DNA of 64,000 nucleotides from Eledone cirrhosa (Eukaryota), in assembly GCA_964016885.1 (NCBI GenBank), contig OZ024741.1, forward strand, positions 304,854,001-304,918,000. The letters are read 5' to 3'. Positions 23,796 to 38,222 of the stretch are shown piece after piece (within the stretch, counting starts at the first letter, position 1; each line of letters opens with the position of its first letter). The notes below the pieces were generated by a model. That model searched no databases. It was not told the origin of the DNA and was given only the letters and a program-made list of their open reading frames with translations. Position numbers and translations under genes: made by a program.

Positions 23796-26700
23796 AGCGA
23801 AAGGAAATTGATATATGCTGTGTGCAAGAGACTAGATGGAGAGGAGAGTCTGCTAGAGTCCTTGTAGGAAAAAGTCGGTGCTACAAATTTTTCTGGGTGG
23901 GAAATGACGATGGGATGGGTGGTGTAGGTATACTACTAGCTGATAAGTGGGTAGATAAAGTAATCTCAGTGTACAGGATAAATGCAAGAATCATTAAACT
24001 CAGACTAGTCCTGAATAAAACAATTACCACAATAATATCAGCTTACGCACCCCAATCGGGACTGCCAGACGAACTTAAGGATAGGTTTTACGAGTCCCTA
24101 ATGCACACTACTGCTCTAACAGACGACAATGACTTCCTAATCATCGCAGGAGATTTTAACGGACATGTAGGTAAACACTGCGACGGCTTCAATAGAGTAC
24201 ATGGAGGCCATGGGGTTGGCACAAGAAATGAGGAAGGATTCAGACTTCTAGAATTCTGCGACGCCAATTACATGTCGATATGTAACACAAACTTTAAAAA
24301 ACCCGACAACCACCTGATCACCTATAGATCAGGGGAGCACTCTAGTCAGATAGATTTTATCCTCATCAGAGGACGTGACAGATGAACGGTCGTAAACACA
24401 AAAGCCTTCCCTAGTGAGGAATGTACATCCCAACATAGCTTAGTTGTCAGCGACCTCACGGTCAGAACTAGACGAACCTGGAAACAGAGGCCAACCTGAA
24501 GAAGAAAGATCTGGAAGCTGAAAGTCCCCTCAACCAGTAACAGATTTAAAGATATTTTACTCAACGCCTACGACAGTAAAGAAGAACAGATAGAGACATT
24601 CAATGTAGAAGAGAACTGGGAGTTCCTAAAAAATAATTTACTAGAGGCGACGGATGAGGTCTGTGGCTGGAGTAAGACCTCAAGGAGGAGGAGAGTGACT
24701 TGGTGGTGGAACAATAAGGTAGATGAGGCAGTTAAGGCCAAGAGACAGGCATGGAAAGAATGGAAAAACGGGGGGAGCAGGGTACATTACATAGAGACCA
24801 AGAGGGAAGCTAGGCGACAAGTATACTTAGCTAGGAGGGAAGCAGAGGATAGAAAATTCAAGCATGTTTTGCAACGTGAGGACCAGAAACAGGAGGTATT
24901 CAAGATTGCGAGGCAGTGTGTCAGAGAGAGTTGTGATGTCATTGGAGAGAAGTGTATCCGGAATGATAAAGGTGAGCTTGCCCTCACAAGTGCTGAGAAG
25001 AAAGATGCATGGAAGAGTCATTATGATAGATTACTAAATGAGGAGAATGCATGGGAAGAAGAGACCCTATAGAGGGGCCAGCAGTACAAGTCAGCAGCAA
25101 CGTAGTAAGTAAGGCAATCAAAGATATGAAGATGGGGAAGGCAACCGGTCCATCGGGTATAGCTGCCGAGATGCTGAAGGCATCTGGGTCTGTAGGTCAC
25201 ACTATAACCACACGTATTGTTAACCAGGTAATACTAGAAGGTGTCATACCAAAAGATTGCTGCAGTAGCATCATTGTCAACTGCTACAACGGTAAAGGTG
25301 ATGCACTAGATAGAGGAAACTATAGAGGTATAAAGCTGATGGACCAGGTCATGAAAGTAACAGAAAGAGTTATAGCACAGTTGATTAGGGACCGGGTGAA
25401 AATAGATGAGATGCAATTTGGGTTTGTACCAGGAAGAGGCACCATTGATGCCCTCTTCCTTGTGAGGCAGTTACAGGAAAAGTACCTAGCTAAAAGTAAG
25501 CCACTCTACTTGGCATTTGTCGACCTTGAGAAAGCCTTTGACAGAGTTCCACGTGCTGTAATCTGGTGGGCTCTTAGAAAACTAGGAGTAGATGAATGGC
25601 TTGTGAAAGCGGTACAAGCCATGTATAGGGGAGCAGTCAGGATTAGCAATGAGTATAGCGAGGAATTTAGCGTACAGGTTGGGGTCCACCAGGGCTCTGT
25701 TCTTAGCCCCCTCCTGTTCATCATAGTCCTGCAGGCAATAACGGAGGAGTTTAAGACCGGATGCCCATGGGAACTCCTGTATGCTGATGACCTCACACTT
25801 ATAGCTGAATCTATGGTAGAACTAGAGAATAAATTCCAAACTTGGAAGCAGGGACTAGAAAGAAAGGGTCTCAAAGTCAACATGACAAAGACTATGGTCC
25901 TTGTAGATGAGAAAACAGAACCTAGATCCCCACAGGGAAATGGCCTTGCTCAGTATGTAGGAAAGGTGTAGGTAGGAACTCCATTCTCTGCCCCAAATGC
26001 AAACAATGGGTACACAAGAGATGTAGCGGGATCTCAGGAAGCTTAATTAAGAATGTAGGCTTCACATGCAGCAGCTGTACTGGGACAGCAAGCAGCAAAC
26101 AGCCACAGGAGACAAGTACCACCAATCTCTGGGAGGGCTCTGTAGAAACAGTAGACAGCTTCTGCTACCTAGGTGACCGAATTAGCAGCGGAGGTGGGTG
26201 TTCAGAAAGTACAATAACTAGAGTAAGAACGGGATGGAAGAAGTTTAGGGAACTACTACCACTGCTAGCTGCAAAAGGCTTCTCCCTCAGAATGAAAGGT
26301 AGACTGTATGATGCGTGTATCTGAACAGCGATGTTACATGGTAGTGAGACCTGGGCGCTGAAGGTGGAAGACTTACGTAGATTAGAGAGAAACGAAGCCT
26401 GCATGCTCCGATGGATGTGTAACAGTAATATACGTGAACAACAAAGCATAAATGAATTGTGAGAGAGACTGAACATAAGAGGAATCAAATGCTGTGTGCA
26501 GGAGAGGCGGTTGCGCTGGTATGGACATGTGATGCGTATGAAGGATGACAGCTGCATAAAAAGGTGCAGAGCACTAGAAGTCGCTGGAAACCGCGGAGTG
26601 GGGAGACCCAAGATGACCTGGGATGAGGTGATAAAAGCCGACCTTACCCAATTACACCTCTCAAAGGCAATGACACACGATCGTGACCTCTAGCATCACG

Positions 26701-27038
26701 CAGTAATACAGAGTACTCAACCTCCCATGGGTACAAGCTGAAGCATATAGACAATATGCCCCTACGCCCCCCACCGCAAGGTGGTCGTGGAGGTGCCACA
26801 ACAAAAAAGCACCTAGCCCACACTGTAAAGTGGACGTGTAGGCACCACGAAAAAGCACCCAGCACTCACTGTAAATGAGGTTGGTGTTAGGAAGGGCATC
26901 CAGCTGTAGAAATCAAGCCAGATCAGTTCCTGTATGAGCAAGGCATGGTCAGCCGACCAGACACTGCCCACAACAGGACAACCCGTCTAACCCATGCTAG
27001 CGTGGAAGAACGGACGTAAAACGGTGATGATGATGATG
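23796..27038 (+). mobile_element. RTE LINE copy 2 (slightly 5'-truncated, disrupted)
   Basis: Near-identical to 1878-5153. Shares its two TGA stops and adds 16-, 9- and 4-bp deletions and further stops; GAT tail. Confidence 0.95.
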
Positions 27039-27494
27039 TACTTAGGGAATCCACCAGAGACATGAAGCAGCAGTCTGAGAGGTTAACGATGTAGCCATTC
27101 ACTTTTATCCTTTCTCTCTGCTGGTCTCAGGCTCTCACATTTCATACCCGCTTGGTAGATTGACCAACTACAGGATAGACAAACACAAACACGTACGCAG
27201 TAGGTTTACTTATGCTTTTCACTAATCTTTCATTTTCCTGTTATTTCACTTCTATTGTATCGTTTAATTGATACAAGCATACACGCTAGCTCGAAGTAGC
27301 TAGTCAGCAAATAATGTAGTGATAATTGTGTCACAATTTTATTACTCGATGCTGAATGTACCAACAAGTGAATATTTTTATTGTAAAATAAACATTGTCA
27401 ACATCACAATTCTGGTATTATTCTTTTTATCATTTATCCTGAAAGGAATACATTTATCCACTACAGTATTTATTATTATTACTACTACTATATA

Positions 27495-28195
27495 TCATCA
27501 TCATCACTGTTTAATGTCAATTTTTCCCTGCTGGCATAGGTTAGATGAGTTATCCTGTTGTGAGCAATGCTAGGTCAGGTGATCATGTCATGCTCATACA
27601 GAACCGATTTTGGCTTGATTTCTACAGCTGGATGCCCTTCCTAGAGCCAACCTTATTTACAGTGAGTACTGGGTGCTTTTTGTTGTGCCACGTACATGAC
27701 CACTTTACAGTGTGGACTAGGTGTTTTTTGTTGACACTTACATGACCACTTTACAGTGTGACTGGGTGCTTTTTGCAGTGACACCTACACAACCACTTTA
27801 CTGTGTGAGTGAGGCGCTTTTTGTTGTCACGATCACGACCACTTTACAGTGTGGGCTGGAGGCTTCTCTGGATGTATCTGTGGGGGTGAGGTGGGGTGGT
27901 ACATATTGTACATATGCTTCATCTTCGGCCTGTGCCCTTGGGAAATTGGGTCTTCTATATTATTGCGTAACACCAGAGATATGTGTCATTGCCTTTGAGA
28001 GTTGCAATTAGGCAAGGTCAGCTTTTATCACCTCATCCCAGGTCTTCCTGGGTCTCCCCACTCCATCAACTGTGAACGCTCTGCACCTTTTTATACAGCT
28101 GTTATCCTTCATATGCATCACATGTCCATAACCGTACAATCTTCTCTTCTGCACACTTTATCTGATTCCCCTTATGTCTAGTTTCTCTCTCAGTA
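27495..28195 (-). mobile_element. Older RTE 3' portion, antisense
   Basis: (CAT)n then the reverse complement of the RTE 3' UTR and C-terminal coding region (similar to 4570-5150). Confidence 0.8.
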
Positions 28196-30769
28196 CGCTT
28201 ATATATATATATATATATTTATATATGTGTTGACCTGAGTAAAATAGGGGGGAGGGGGTAACCACAATTAAAAAAGTATATACAATTAAAAAAGTATACG
28301 GCCCCTACAGGACAAGAACTGTTTCATTCATGTGACATAATGGTGGATACTTATAGGTTTCCTAGTGGTTGGAGATGATGTTGGGAGGGAGTCCTATTAT
28401 AAGGAGCAGATATCTAATAGTGGGTTAGAGAGGATCTTAGGAACTTGTATAAGCACCGAGAGAAAGGTCACTAATTTGATGCCTCTTATATTCTGGAGGT
28501 ATGGTCAAATTTAAACCTCGAAACCTTGGATAGCGCCTTTGTTCAGTGTATGAACATAAATATATATTGGCAATATTGGCAACATGACCATCCCCAAATA
28601 TAACAATATATATATTTATATTTGACGGCTGTTTGTGATTTTTTTTTTAACTTTTCTTATTGCGTTATGAGTCTGACGAGTGGAGCCGAATGTAAAGTCA
28701 TGGATTATGTTTGCTCAAAGGGTTCGTTCTGAGTGTATTTTCATTCAGGTTAACGTAATTGACGATCTTAGACACACACACAAATGTATTTACTTCTTTA
28801 GCTATCTGCTTTTCTGAAATGAAATCGTCTTTTCAGTTTTTAAATTTCTTCGCGTTCCTGTTTGTTTACCCCATTGCTTTAACCGTCTATTGTCTTATAA
28901 ACTTAATTAACATTCAGCATATTTAATCATTATCCGAAAATATTTTCTTTTTTCCGATGATAAGTCCTACCTAGTTATTTTTTAACAGGAACCTAATTTA
29001 TTTTACATTGAGAAATTTTGAATTTATTTGCGGTTAAAGAGAATAATTCGTTTTCAATGAATTTTTCTTTTTAGTCATCACACCTAAGACCATGGTCTAG
29101 ACATCTCTCTCTGTATAATAAAGTCAGGTAGTTTGTAACTGTTATTATATAGCAAATACTACCTGATGTAGCCGACGTCTAAGGGAGATAAATGTCACAG
29201 ACATTTTTTTTTTAACGATGGAAATGTTTGTTAGATATTTTAATGTGATTAAAAACAAAAGCCGCAACAAAAACATGAAATATATCTAACTGATAGCATT
29301 CAATCTTTGTAACACGGCGGTATTGAGGGGTGAATACATTAAATGATCCAAATTACGGAAATGTCAGAATATTATAGCAAAGAAAACTTGTAGAGACATA
29401 TCGAGCAAGAAATTTTATGTCACAGAAAACTTGGGTGGCATAGCACGACGTGCGAGAATACAACCCGAAAGCGACTCCGACTTAAGTTGAAATAAGGACG
29501 TAGAAAAATGTGACTAAATGTTGTTTGTCACTTTGCCAGCTTAATGTTTGAAAGATATGCTTCAATTATCCGTCAATTTTGACAAGGGTACACTAACGAT
29601 GTATAATTATCTGCCCCTGTGACCAATTATTTCTTAAATACATCTTTGCTCACCATTGCCTTAATGAACTTTCCTACTTTTCTCTTATTTTGAATAGTAA
29701 ATTATGTATACCTATATTTTAAATGCCAATCTCAAGAAATCCGACTCTTGAATTCCGCAGGCAAATTTTATGTAGACAGTAACTATATAGCAACATTATT
29801 ATTACATTTTAAACTATTTTCAGACACTAAAACAAATGTCAACATATTGCTTGCAAACCACAGGTTGATCATAGTTCAGATGAATTTCTGATTCAAGTTT
29901 GTTATTACACAAACATGTATGAAGACTATATTTTTTTCATTTATTCTATCTTTGCTTCGTGGGCTACAAACACTACCTTACGTAAAATCTCTCTTATTCA
30001 CGTGTGTGTATGTGAGTTTGTGTTATGTTGATACATCTTATATTATGTAGTAGAAGAGTCCTATCGAATCAAGCACAGAAGTAAAATAATAATAATACAG
30101 CAATAGTATTTGTATTGTTAGCAAACGAACCGTATTTTAAAAAAGTGCATAAAATGGGGCGTGGTTGTCTTGGTGTGAGCAGCCAAGGCTAATGGCTGCA
30201 TACAACGTTATGGTTTCGAATCCAGTCATTGGCATTGTTTCTTGATTTCAAATAAATTATGTTTTCTATATAGTCCAACCAGTTAGGTTTGTGGTAAAAG
30301 TTTATTCCAGCTAGAAATAGCCAGTCTTTTTCTACTCATACAATATGTAAAAAAAAAAAAAAAAAAAAAATGGTGGGAGGATTTATTTTCTTGAATTATT
30401 TATATGTAATTTCCTGTTTACAAACTCGATGTATCAGTGTGTGTGTATTACTTCATACACTTTCTAAATTATTTTTTGTAATGTTTTTATAAAGAAAAAT
30501 AAACTAAAGTAGTGAAAAAGATTTACAAAATAAAAAAAACATTTTTGTAATATATTTAATATATATACTTATATACAATTGTTTCAATCCTACTGTAAAT
30601 TACATTCTCTACAATTTAAAAATGTACGTATATTTCAACCGACTGTACAAACTACTGTGTATATTAATGTTATGCAGTTAGCAACACAGGTGACTTCCTG
30701 GTAGCTTGTAAATGTGTGCGTTGTAATCTTCTGTTGCGTACGTAAATGATTGTATAGCAAAATGCCATC

Positions 30770-30815
30770 TCTTATATTGGAGGTAGTAAAGTTGCCTCTT
30801 TGGCGGCCATCTTAA
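30770..30815 (+). promoter_or_regulatory. Candidate core promoter of the hnRNP K-like gene (CCAAT, TCT-like initiator, YY1 site)
   Basis: ATTGG at 30776-30780, CCTCTTT at 30795 and GCGGCCATCTT (YY1 consensus GCCATNTT) at 30803-30813. A possible short 5' UTR intron GTATTT...TTTACAG lies at 30884-30993. Confidence 0.45.
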
Positions 30816-31431
30816 CGTTATCCTGGTATTTGTTGACAGATTCCCCTTTTCTGTTATTCCTGTCGTTGTCAACTGGCTTACAGGTATTTCTGGCGTCCTT
30901 ATCACGCGTCACGTTATTTATGAACCTTGAAAATAATCCTGTATATCAAACAAATTTAACGTCTATTTCTGACAATTCTGCATTCACTTTACAGATAACG
31001 TGTTTTGCAATTCAAAAAAGTAATTCCTGTTTCACTATTTTACCCCATTACGAAGACTGTTTTCTGTTTTAAATTTTGTGTAATTAGTTTGAAAACCAAT
31101 ACTCAAACAAGAAGAAACACACCATCTACCCTATATTTATTTAACTTAACTACTTTATTTCAAATCACAATTATATCACTTTATCACAATAGATATTTGT
31201 ACATTTCACCTTACTCCTCCTTCCCCGATTTCAACAGTTACTATTTTTTCCTGAGTCAAATTTTATTTAAATTCTTTTGCTTTGTTTTGTTTATTTTTTT
31301 GTTTTGTTTTCGTCATCTGATATCATATTCCTTGAATTGTTGTTAATTTAAACCAACAACTAAAAAATTTTGCACTCCATCGTGAGCGATAACTTGGATT
31401 TACATAAAATTTTTTTTTTTTCGTTGGAGAC

Positions 31432-32514
31432 ATGGATAACAAAGAAGGTCTGACAAAACGACCTCTCGAAGACGTTGATTGCTCTGCGATGAAGAGACCA
31501 CGTGGAAGTAAAACACGGATCGATGTCCGTGTTTTACTCCAGAGTAAAAATGCCGGTGCTATCATCGGCAAATGTGGTAACAACATTAAAAGACTAAGAA
31601 ATGACTTCAAAGCAAATATTACTGTCCCCGATTGTTCAGGACCCGAAAGAATCCTTACTGTCAGCACTGACCTCGAAACTGCCCTGGAGTGTTTGTTGGA
31701 TATCATTCCCTCATTGGAAGAATATAAACAATTCAAAAACGAACAGGATTTTGATTGTGAAATGCGAATTTTGGTTCACCAGAGCCAAGCTGGATGTATA
31801 ATTGGTAGAGCTGGCTTTAAAGTTAAAGAATTGCGCGAAAAAACCGGTGCCAATATCAAAATTTATTCATTGTGCTGTCCCCAGTCTACAGATCGTGTTG
31901 TTGCAATGTCTGGACATCCACCTGTGGTTACAGACTGTATAAGACATATCTATCAACTACTAGAGGCTGCACCACCTAAAGGTGTCATTGAACCATATGA
32001 TCCTCACAATTTTGAAGAGTTTTATGCTAATGATTATGGCGGTTTCACATTCACCGAAGGCGGACGTGGTCGGTTTCCCCGAGGGGGTTCTTCTATGCGT
32101 GGGAATTCCGCTGCTCCATTAATGGGGCAGCAGATAAGAGGGAGGTCTATGATGAGTGGCGGTAACGGAGGTGGAGGTGGAGGTGGTGGTAACGGTGGAA
32201 TGAACCGAGGTGGCGGCGGAACAAGCGGACTTCCTAGTTTGCTAGGAAATGCAAATTGTCGCAATAATATTGGAATGCGCGGAAACGCAGTGAACAGCCT
32301 CATGCGAAATCCGGTAGGTGTAATGAATGGTAGCATGGGAGGTGGGCCTTCTTCCCGGTGTAGTGGTGGCATGGGTGGACGAAATGACAACCAACCAAAT
32401 TATTATGGCGGAAATCAGCAGAACTTTGGTGTGCAAAACTACTCGCAAAACAGATTGAACAGCGGAGGAATGCCGAATCAACAGAACATGCTTTTTGGCA
32501 GAGGTCATAACTAA
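31432..32514 (+). CDS. HNRNPK: Heterogeneous nuclear ribonucleoprotein K-like, single coding exon, KH1+KH2 and Gly/Arg/Asn-rich tail
   Basis: 360-aa open ORF with bipartite NLS (KRPLED...KRPR), KH1 (RVLLQSKNAGAIIGKCG..IKRLR..PDCSGPERIL), KH2 (RILVHQSQAGCIIGRAG..KELREKTGA..STDRVV), PYDP..DYGGF and an RGG region. Confidence 0.93.
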   Translation: MDNKEGLTKRPLEDVDCSAMKRPRGSKTRIDVRVLLQSKNAGAIIGKCGNNIKRLRNDFKANITVPDCSGPERILTVSTDLETALECLLDIIPSLEEYKQFKNEQDFDCEMRILVHQSQAGCIIGRAGFKVKELREKTGANIKIYSLCCPQSTDRVVAMSGHPPVVTDCIRHIYQLLEAAPPKGVIEPYDPHNFEEFYANDYGGFTFTEGGRGRFPRGGSSMRGNSAAPLMGQQIRGRSMMSGGNGGGGGGGGNGGMNRGGGGTSGLPSLLGNANCRNNIGMRGNAVNSLMRNPVGVMNGSMGGGPSSRCSGGMGGRNDNQPNYYGGNQQNFGVQNYSQNRLNSGGMPNQQNMLFGRGHN

Positions 32515-32844
32515 TTGCCAGATTTTTTTGTTTTCCCCCCGTCATTTCATGAAAAGTCCTGGCTCATCATTATTTTCTGGTGATTGGTTGTGAAAGTTTA
32601 AGATAGATTACAGGAAAAGAAAAATAAATAAATTTAAAAAAAATGTGGAGAAAAAATTCAAACAGAAGATCTTAATGGAGCAAATACAACATTCTGTTAT
32701 TGAAAAAAAAACAAACAAAACAACAAAAAACAAAAAAAGAAACAAACAAAAAAAAAAACCTGTGTGAACCTCAGTTTTCTGCCATTTCATTACTATTTTG
32801 TACCATTTCACTATGGCAGTGTTGTAGATAAACTTGAACTACTT

Positions 32845-32933
32845 GTACGTTTTCATACACACATACATTAAAATATATATATATATAATGAAAATTATTG
32901 TGTACAGTGCTCAGGTGCACTACAATATGTATA

Positions 32934-32969
<36 letters not shown>

Positions 32970-33165
32970 CATACACACACACACATATATGTATGTGTGT
33001 GTGTATATATATATATATCATCCATGCACTTAGAGGCACATTTATACACATATATATATGTATGTATATATATATGTGTGTGTGTGTATGTATATATATG
33101 TGTGTGTGTGTGTGTGTATTTATATAGATATATATTTATACATATGTATAAATATATGTATTATA
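32845..33165. repeat. TA/CA/TG microsatellite cluster
   Basis: Directly visible. Confidence 0.9.
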
Positions 33166-33865
33166 CTGCTTACATTCTGCACTGAGCCATCATTCTGGCT
33201 GATGCCATTTCTGCTGTTCAAATAAAGCGGGCAGGGTGTAGGAGATTTATACTTTTTAACTTTTGATTTAATTCTTAATATTTTGCCATTAACATACAAG
33301 ATATTTTGGGATTTTTCACTATATTTTTAGTGTCATAAGAAGAAAAAAACATTATTGTCAAAAATTCTTTTTTTTTTTTTTCCTGAAATATTAAATTCCT
33401 TGCCATTTTTCTGAAAATGTTTGGGAGGACACTTCTTACATATTAATGTATCTCTGTGTTTGAATAAGGTGCTGGGTGGGAAATCCCAATCAACCTGTAA
33501 AAATCACAAACAGAAACCTGGGTTAAGTTGACATTTTTTTTTAAAATTTTCCATTTAAACTTGCCCGACTTCATTTGAAAATAGTTGTTCACTGTTGATT
33601 GTTTATCATTTGAATTATTTAATATTCTATTCAGGTTAAATTCTTTTTCCCTCCCTTCTCACTCTTGGTGTCTGTCGATCAGAAACAGGGCAACACCAAC
33701 TTAACGAATTGGCAGACTCAATAACATAGTAATAATGCTGAGTTTTACTCCTCAACCACTTAAGGGCACTCAATTCAATGTTTGCCTCCTTTCCTGCCTT
33801 TATAAATAATTTTTTTTTCTAGTGTGTGAACGATATATATATATTTATATATTTATATATATATT

Positions 33866-33901
<36 letters not shown>

Positions 33902-34481
33902 TATAGTTAGTTCTATCCCTAAATTCAGTTTAAACACTGCACATGCAGAAAAAAAAAAAACTTCTAAATTTGCATTATTTTTTATTTCAATATTCATTTA
34001 AAGTGAAGTGGACACAATAACTGCTGACAGAAACTCATTTTGTTCTAGTTTTAAAAAAAAAAAAAGATGTATTTTAAGCATATTCATTTGGTGACAACTT
34101 GTAACATTGCAGCATTTGTACTCCCAGTATCTTTCAGCAGCTTGCTTTGTAACATTTGAAACTGTAACTGTGTTGTGATTTCCTCATCTATAATCACTAT
34201 ATAGCAAGCTGACTTACCCCATCTCTTTTTATTTCCCCTGTGTTATGTAATTCTTGTATTGAACTACACTTTAGTTTAGTCCTACTTTGGAAGATTTCAG
34301 TTTCACTTTTCATGTTTGGCTCCATCCGGTGCTTCTTCGAATATTCTAAAAAGAGAAACCAATGAATTATAACTATTTCTTGGTCCCATCCAATCCTTTC
34401 CTGTTCATCAGTTGAACCCAGCCATCATCTTTATTACCATTTTCATCATCTTCATCATCACCAACACCATAAACATTATTA

Positions 34482-34519
<38 letters not shown>

Positions 34520-34942
34520 TGATTTTTATTTCATTTGCCATTATTATTATTATGACAATTGTAGTTAGAGTATTTATGTGTCATTTTGATGGATCCTTTT
34601 GGATAAGAACGAATATTAGTTGAAAAATGTCTTTCTAAACAGAAAATATACATAAAAAAAAATACAACTAAACAAACGAAACAAAGAACATGCAAAATGC
34701 TTGAGATAGAAAGTATTTAATGGATATGTGATTAAAAGTAATATTTTTAAACATTTCTATCATTAATGTAGACTTTGGTTTGCCATGTTGGGTCATTTAC
34801 TGTTGTACGTGTGCATATGTATGTTTTGAGATTTTTGTTAAAATTACCTGTTTTTCATAATCTCCAAATACTGACAGCAGATGGAATGTTTCTATTTATA
34901 TTTCTTAAAATAGTGTGCGCGTGTGTATACATATATACATAC

Positions 34943-34975
<33 letters not shown>

Positions 34976-34976
34976 C

Positions 34977-35008
<32 letters not shown>

Positions 35009-35067
35009 GTATATATATATATATCCATATATATATCCATATATATATATATATATATATCCATATA

Positions 35068-35098
<31 letters not shown>

Positions 35099-35313
35099 CC
35101 ATATATATATATATATATCCATATATATATATATATATCCATATATATATCCATATATATATATATATATATCCATATATGTATATATGTCATCATCATC
35201 ATCATTTTACGTCCGCTTTTCCCTGCTTGCAAGGGTTGGACGGGTCCTATTCATTTGTCGACTTAGCTGCGGCTCGAGCTTCGAATATGCTGTACTTTCA
35301 TTTATATATATAT

Positions 35314-35662
35314 ATAGTGAAAGAGTGAAGAATAACATGGTCAACAGTACAAAAAGGGTTTTATTTACAGTATTAACAATTGTTTAATTGATTAGTGTGT
35401 CTAAAAATTACTAATCACTTGAAGTTGTGTCACTCAATTTTAAATACAATGTATTTGATATACTAGTATATTATACAGCCGTGTATAATTTTAATCAGTT
35501 ATTCTGATGATTTGATTAGATATACATTGTATTTAAAATTGAGTGACACAACTTCAAGTGATTAGTAATTTTTAGACACCCTAATCAATGAAACAATTGT
35601 TAATACTGTAAATAAAACCCTTTTTGTATTGTTGACCATGTTATTCTTCACTCTTTCACTAT
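35314..35662. repeat. Long inverted repeat (~140-bp arms, ~67-bp spacer)
   Basis: ATAGTGAAAGAGTGAAGAATAACATGG...AATACAATGTAT pairs with ATACATTGTATT...CCATGTTATTCTTCACTCTTTCACTAT, with few mismatches. Confidence 0.92.
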
Positions 35663-37186
35663 TATTACTCCAAGATTAACCTGCATAGGAATTCCTGGGA
35701 ACTCGCCACCTAACCAAGGAAACCTCTTGTTGAGTCAAACAACGCTGTGCGTTAAAACTATCAGCAATACGAATAGTACTCACAACCTCTAACTGGATTA
35801 CCTATAAGGAAAATTTGTTATCCCATATATATATATGTATATATAAATCCATATATATATATATAAATATATATGGATATATATATATATATAAATATAT
35901 ATATGGATATATATATATATATAAATATATATATGGATATATATACACATATATATATATATATATCCATCCATATATATTTGTATCCACATATATATAT
36001 ATATATATATATAAATCCATCATCATCATCGTTTAACGTCCATGTTCCACGCTTGCATATATATATATAAATCCATATATATATATATATTCATCCATAT
36101 ATATTTGTATCCACATATATATATATATATATATCCATATATATATATCCATATATATAAATCCATATATATATATATAAATCTATATATATATATAAAT
36201 CTCTATATATATATATATATATAAATCCATATATATATATAAATCCATATATATATATATATATATATATATGGATATATATATATATATATATGGATAT
36301 ATATATATATATATGGATATATATATATATATATATGGATATATATATATATATATGGATATATATATATATATATGGATATATATATATATATGGATAT
36401 ATATATGGATATATATATGGATATATATGGATATATATATATGGATATATATATGAATATATATATATATATATATATATATGGATATATATATATATAT
36501 ATGGATATATATATATGGATATATATATGGATATATATATATATATATATGGATATATAATATATATATATATATGGATATATATATATATAGATATATA
36601 ATATATATATATATATGGATATATATATATATATATGGATATATATATATGGATATATATATATGGATATGGATATGTATGGATACATATATATATATAT
36701 GGATATATATATATGGATATGGATATGTATGGATACATATATATATATATGAATATATATATATATATATATATATGAATATATATATATATATATATGA
36801 ATATATATATATATATATGAATATATATATATATATATATGAATATATATATATATATATATGAATATATATATATATATGAATATATATATATATATGA
36901 ATATATATATATATATATGAATATATATATATATATGAATATAGATATATATATATATGGAGTTATATATATGGATATGTATGGATATATATGGATATAT
37001 ATATATATATGGATATATATATATATGGATATATATATCTATGCATATAGATATATATATCTATGCATATCTATGCATATATATATCTATGCATATAGAT
37101 ATATATATGGATATAGATATATATATATGGATATAGATATATATATATGGATATGGATATATATATATATGGATATAGATATACAT

Positions 37187-37224
<38 letters not shown>

Positions 37225-37954
37225 ATATATATATATATATATATATGGATATATATATATATATATGGATATATATATATATATATGGATATATATATAT
37301 ATATATATATATATGGATTTATATATGGATATATATATATATATATATATATATGGATTTATATATGGATATATATATATATATATATATGGATTTATAT
37401 ATATATATATGGATATATATATATGGATATATATATATATATGGATATAGATATATATATGGATGTAGATATATATATGGATGTAGATATATATATGGAT
37501 ATAGATATATATATATATATATGGATATAGATATATATATGGATATATATATATATGGATATAGATATATATATGGATATATATATATATATGGATATAG
37601 ATATATATATGGATATATATATATATATGGATATAGATATATATATGGATATAGATATATATATGGATATAGATATATATATATATATGGATATAGATAT
37701 ATATGGATATAGATATATATAGATATATATATATGGATATAGATATATATATATGGATATATATATATATGGATATAGATATATATGGATTTATATATAT
37801 ATGGATATATATATATATATATGGATATATATATATATATGGATATATATATATGTATATATATATATATGTATATATATATGGATATATATATATATTA
37901 TATGGATATATATATATATGTATATATATATGGATATATATATATATTATATGG

Positions 37955-37978
<24 letters not shown>

Positions 37979-37986
<8 letters not shown>

Positions 37987-38222
37987 ATACTTTGGGAGGG
38001 TCATGTTGCTAATAAGAAACACACGCACCAGTTGCTTTCACTTCAATTTATTATATATTTATAAATTTATAAATTTACAAATCTACAAACTTATAAATTG
38101 AAGCGAAAGCAACTGGTGCGTGTGTTTCTTATTGGCAACATGACCCTCCCAAAGTATAACAATATCAGTTTCAACACACGATTTCAGATAAAGAATCTTG
38201 CTAAACAAATTCAGAAACGAAA
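37979..38222. repeat. Fold-back unit copy 1 (~70-bp arms plus unique tail)
   Basis: ATTGTTATACTTTGGGAGGGTCATGTTGC...GCAACATGACCCTCCCAAAGTATAACAAT. Confidence 0.9.

Noticed and set aside
29124-29166. Hairpin TCAGGTAGTTTG...CAAATACTACCTGA, superficially let-7-like
   Set aside because: The seed differs from let-7 (CAGGTAG versus GAGGTAG) and the stem is too short for a pre-miRNA.
30155-30240. tRNA-like sequence
   Set aside because: It has A/B-box remnants but no complete cloverleaf; most likely a decayed SINE head.
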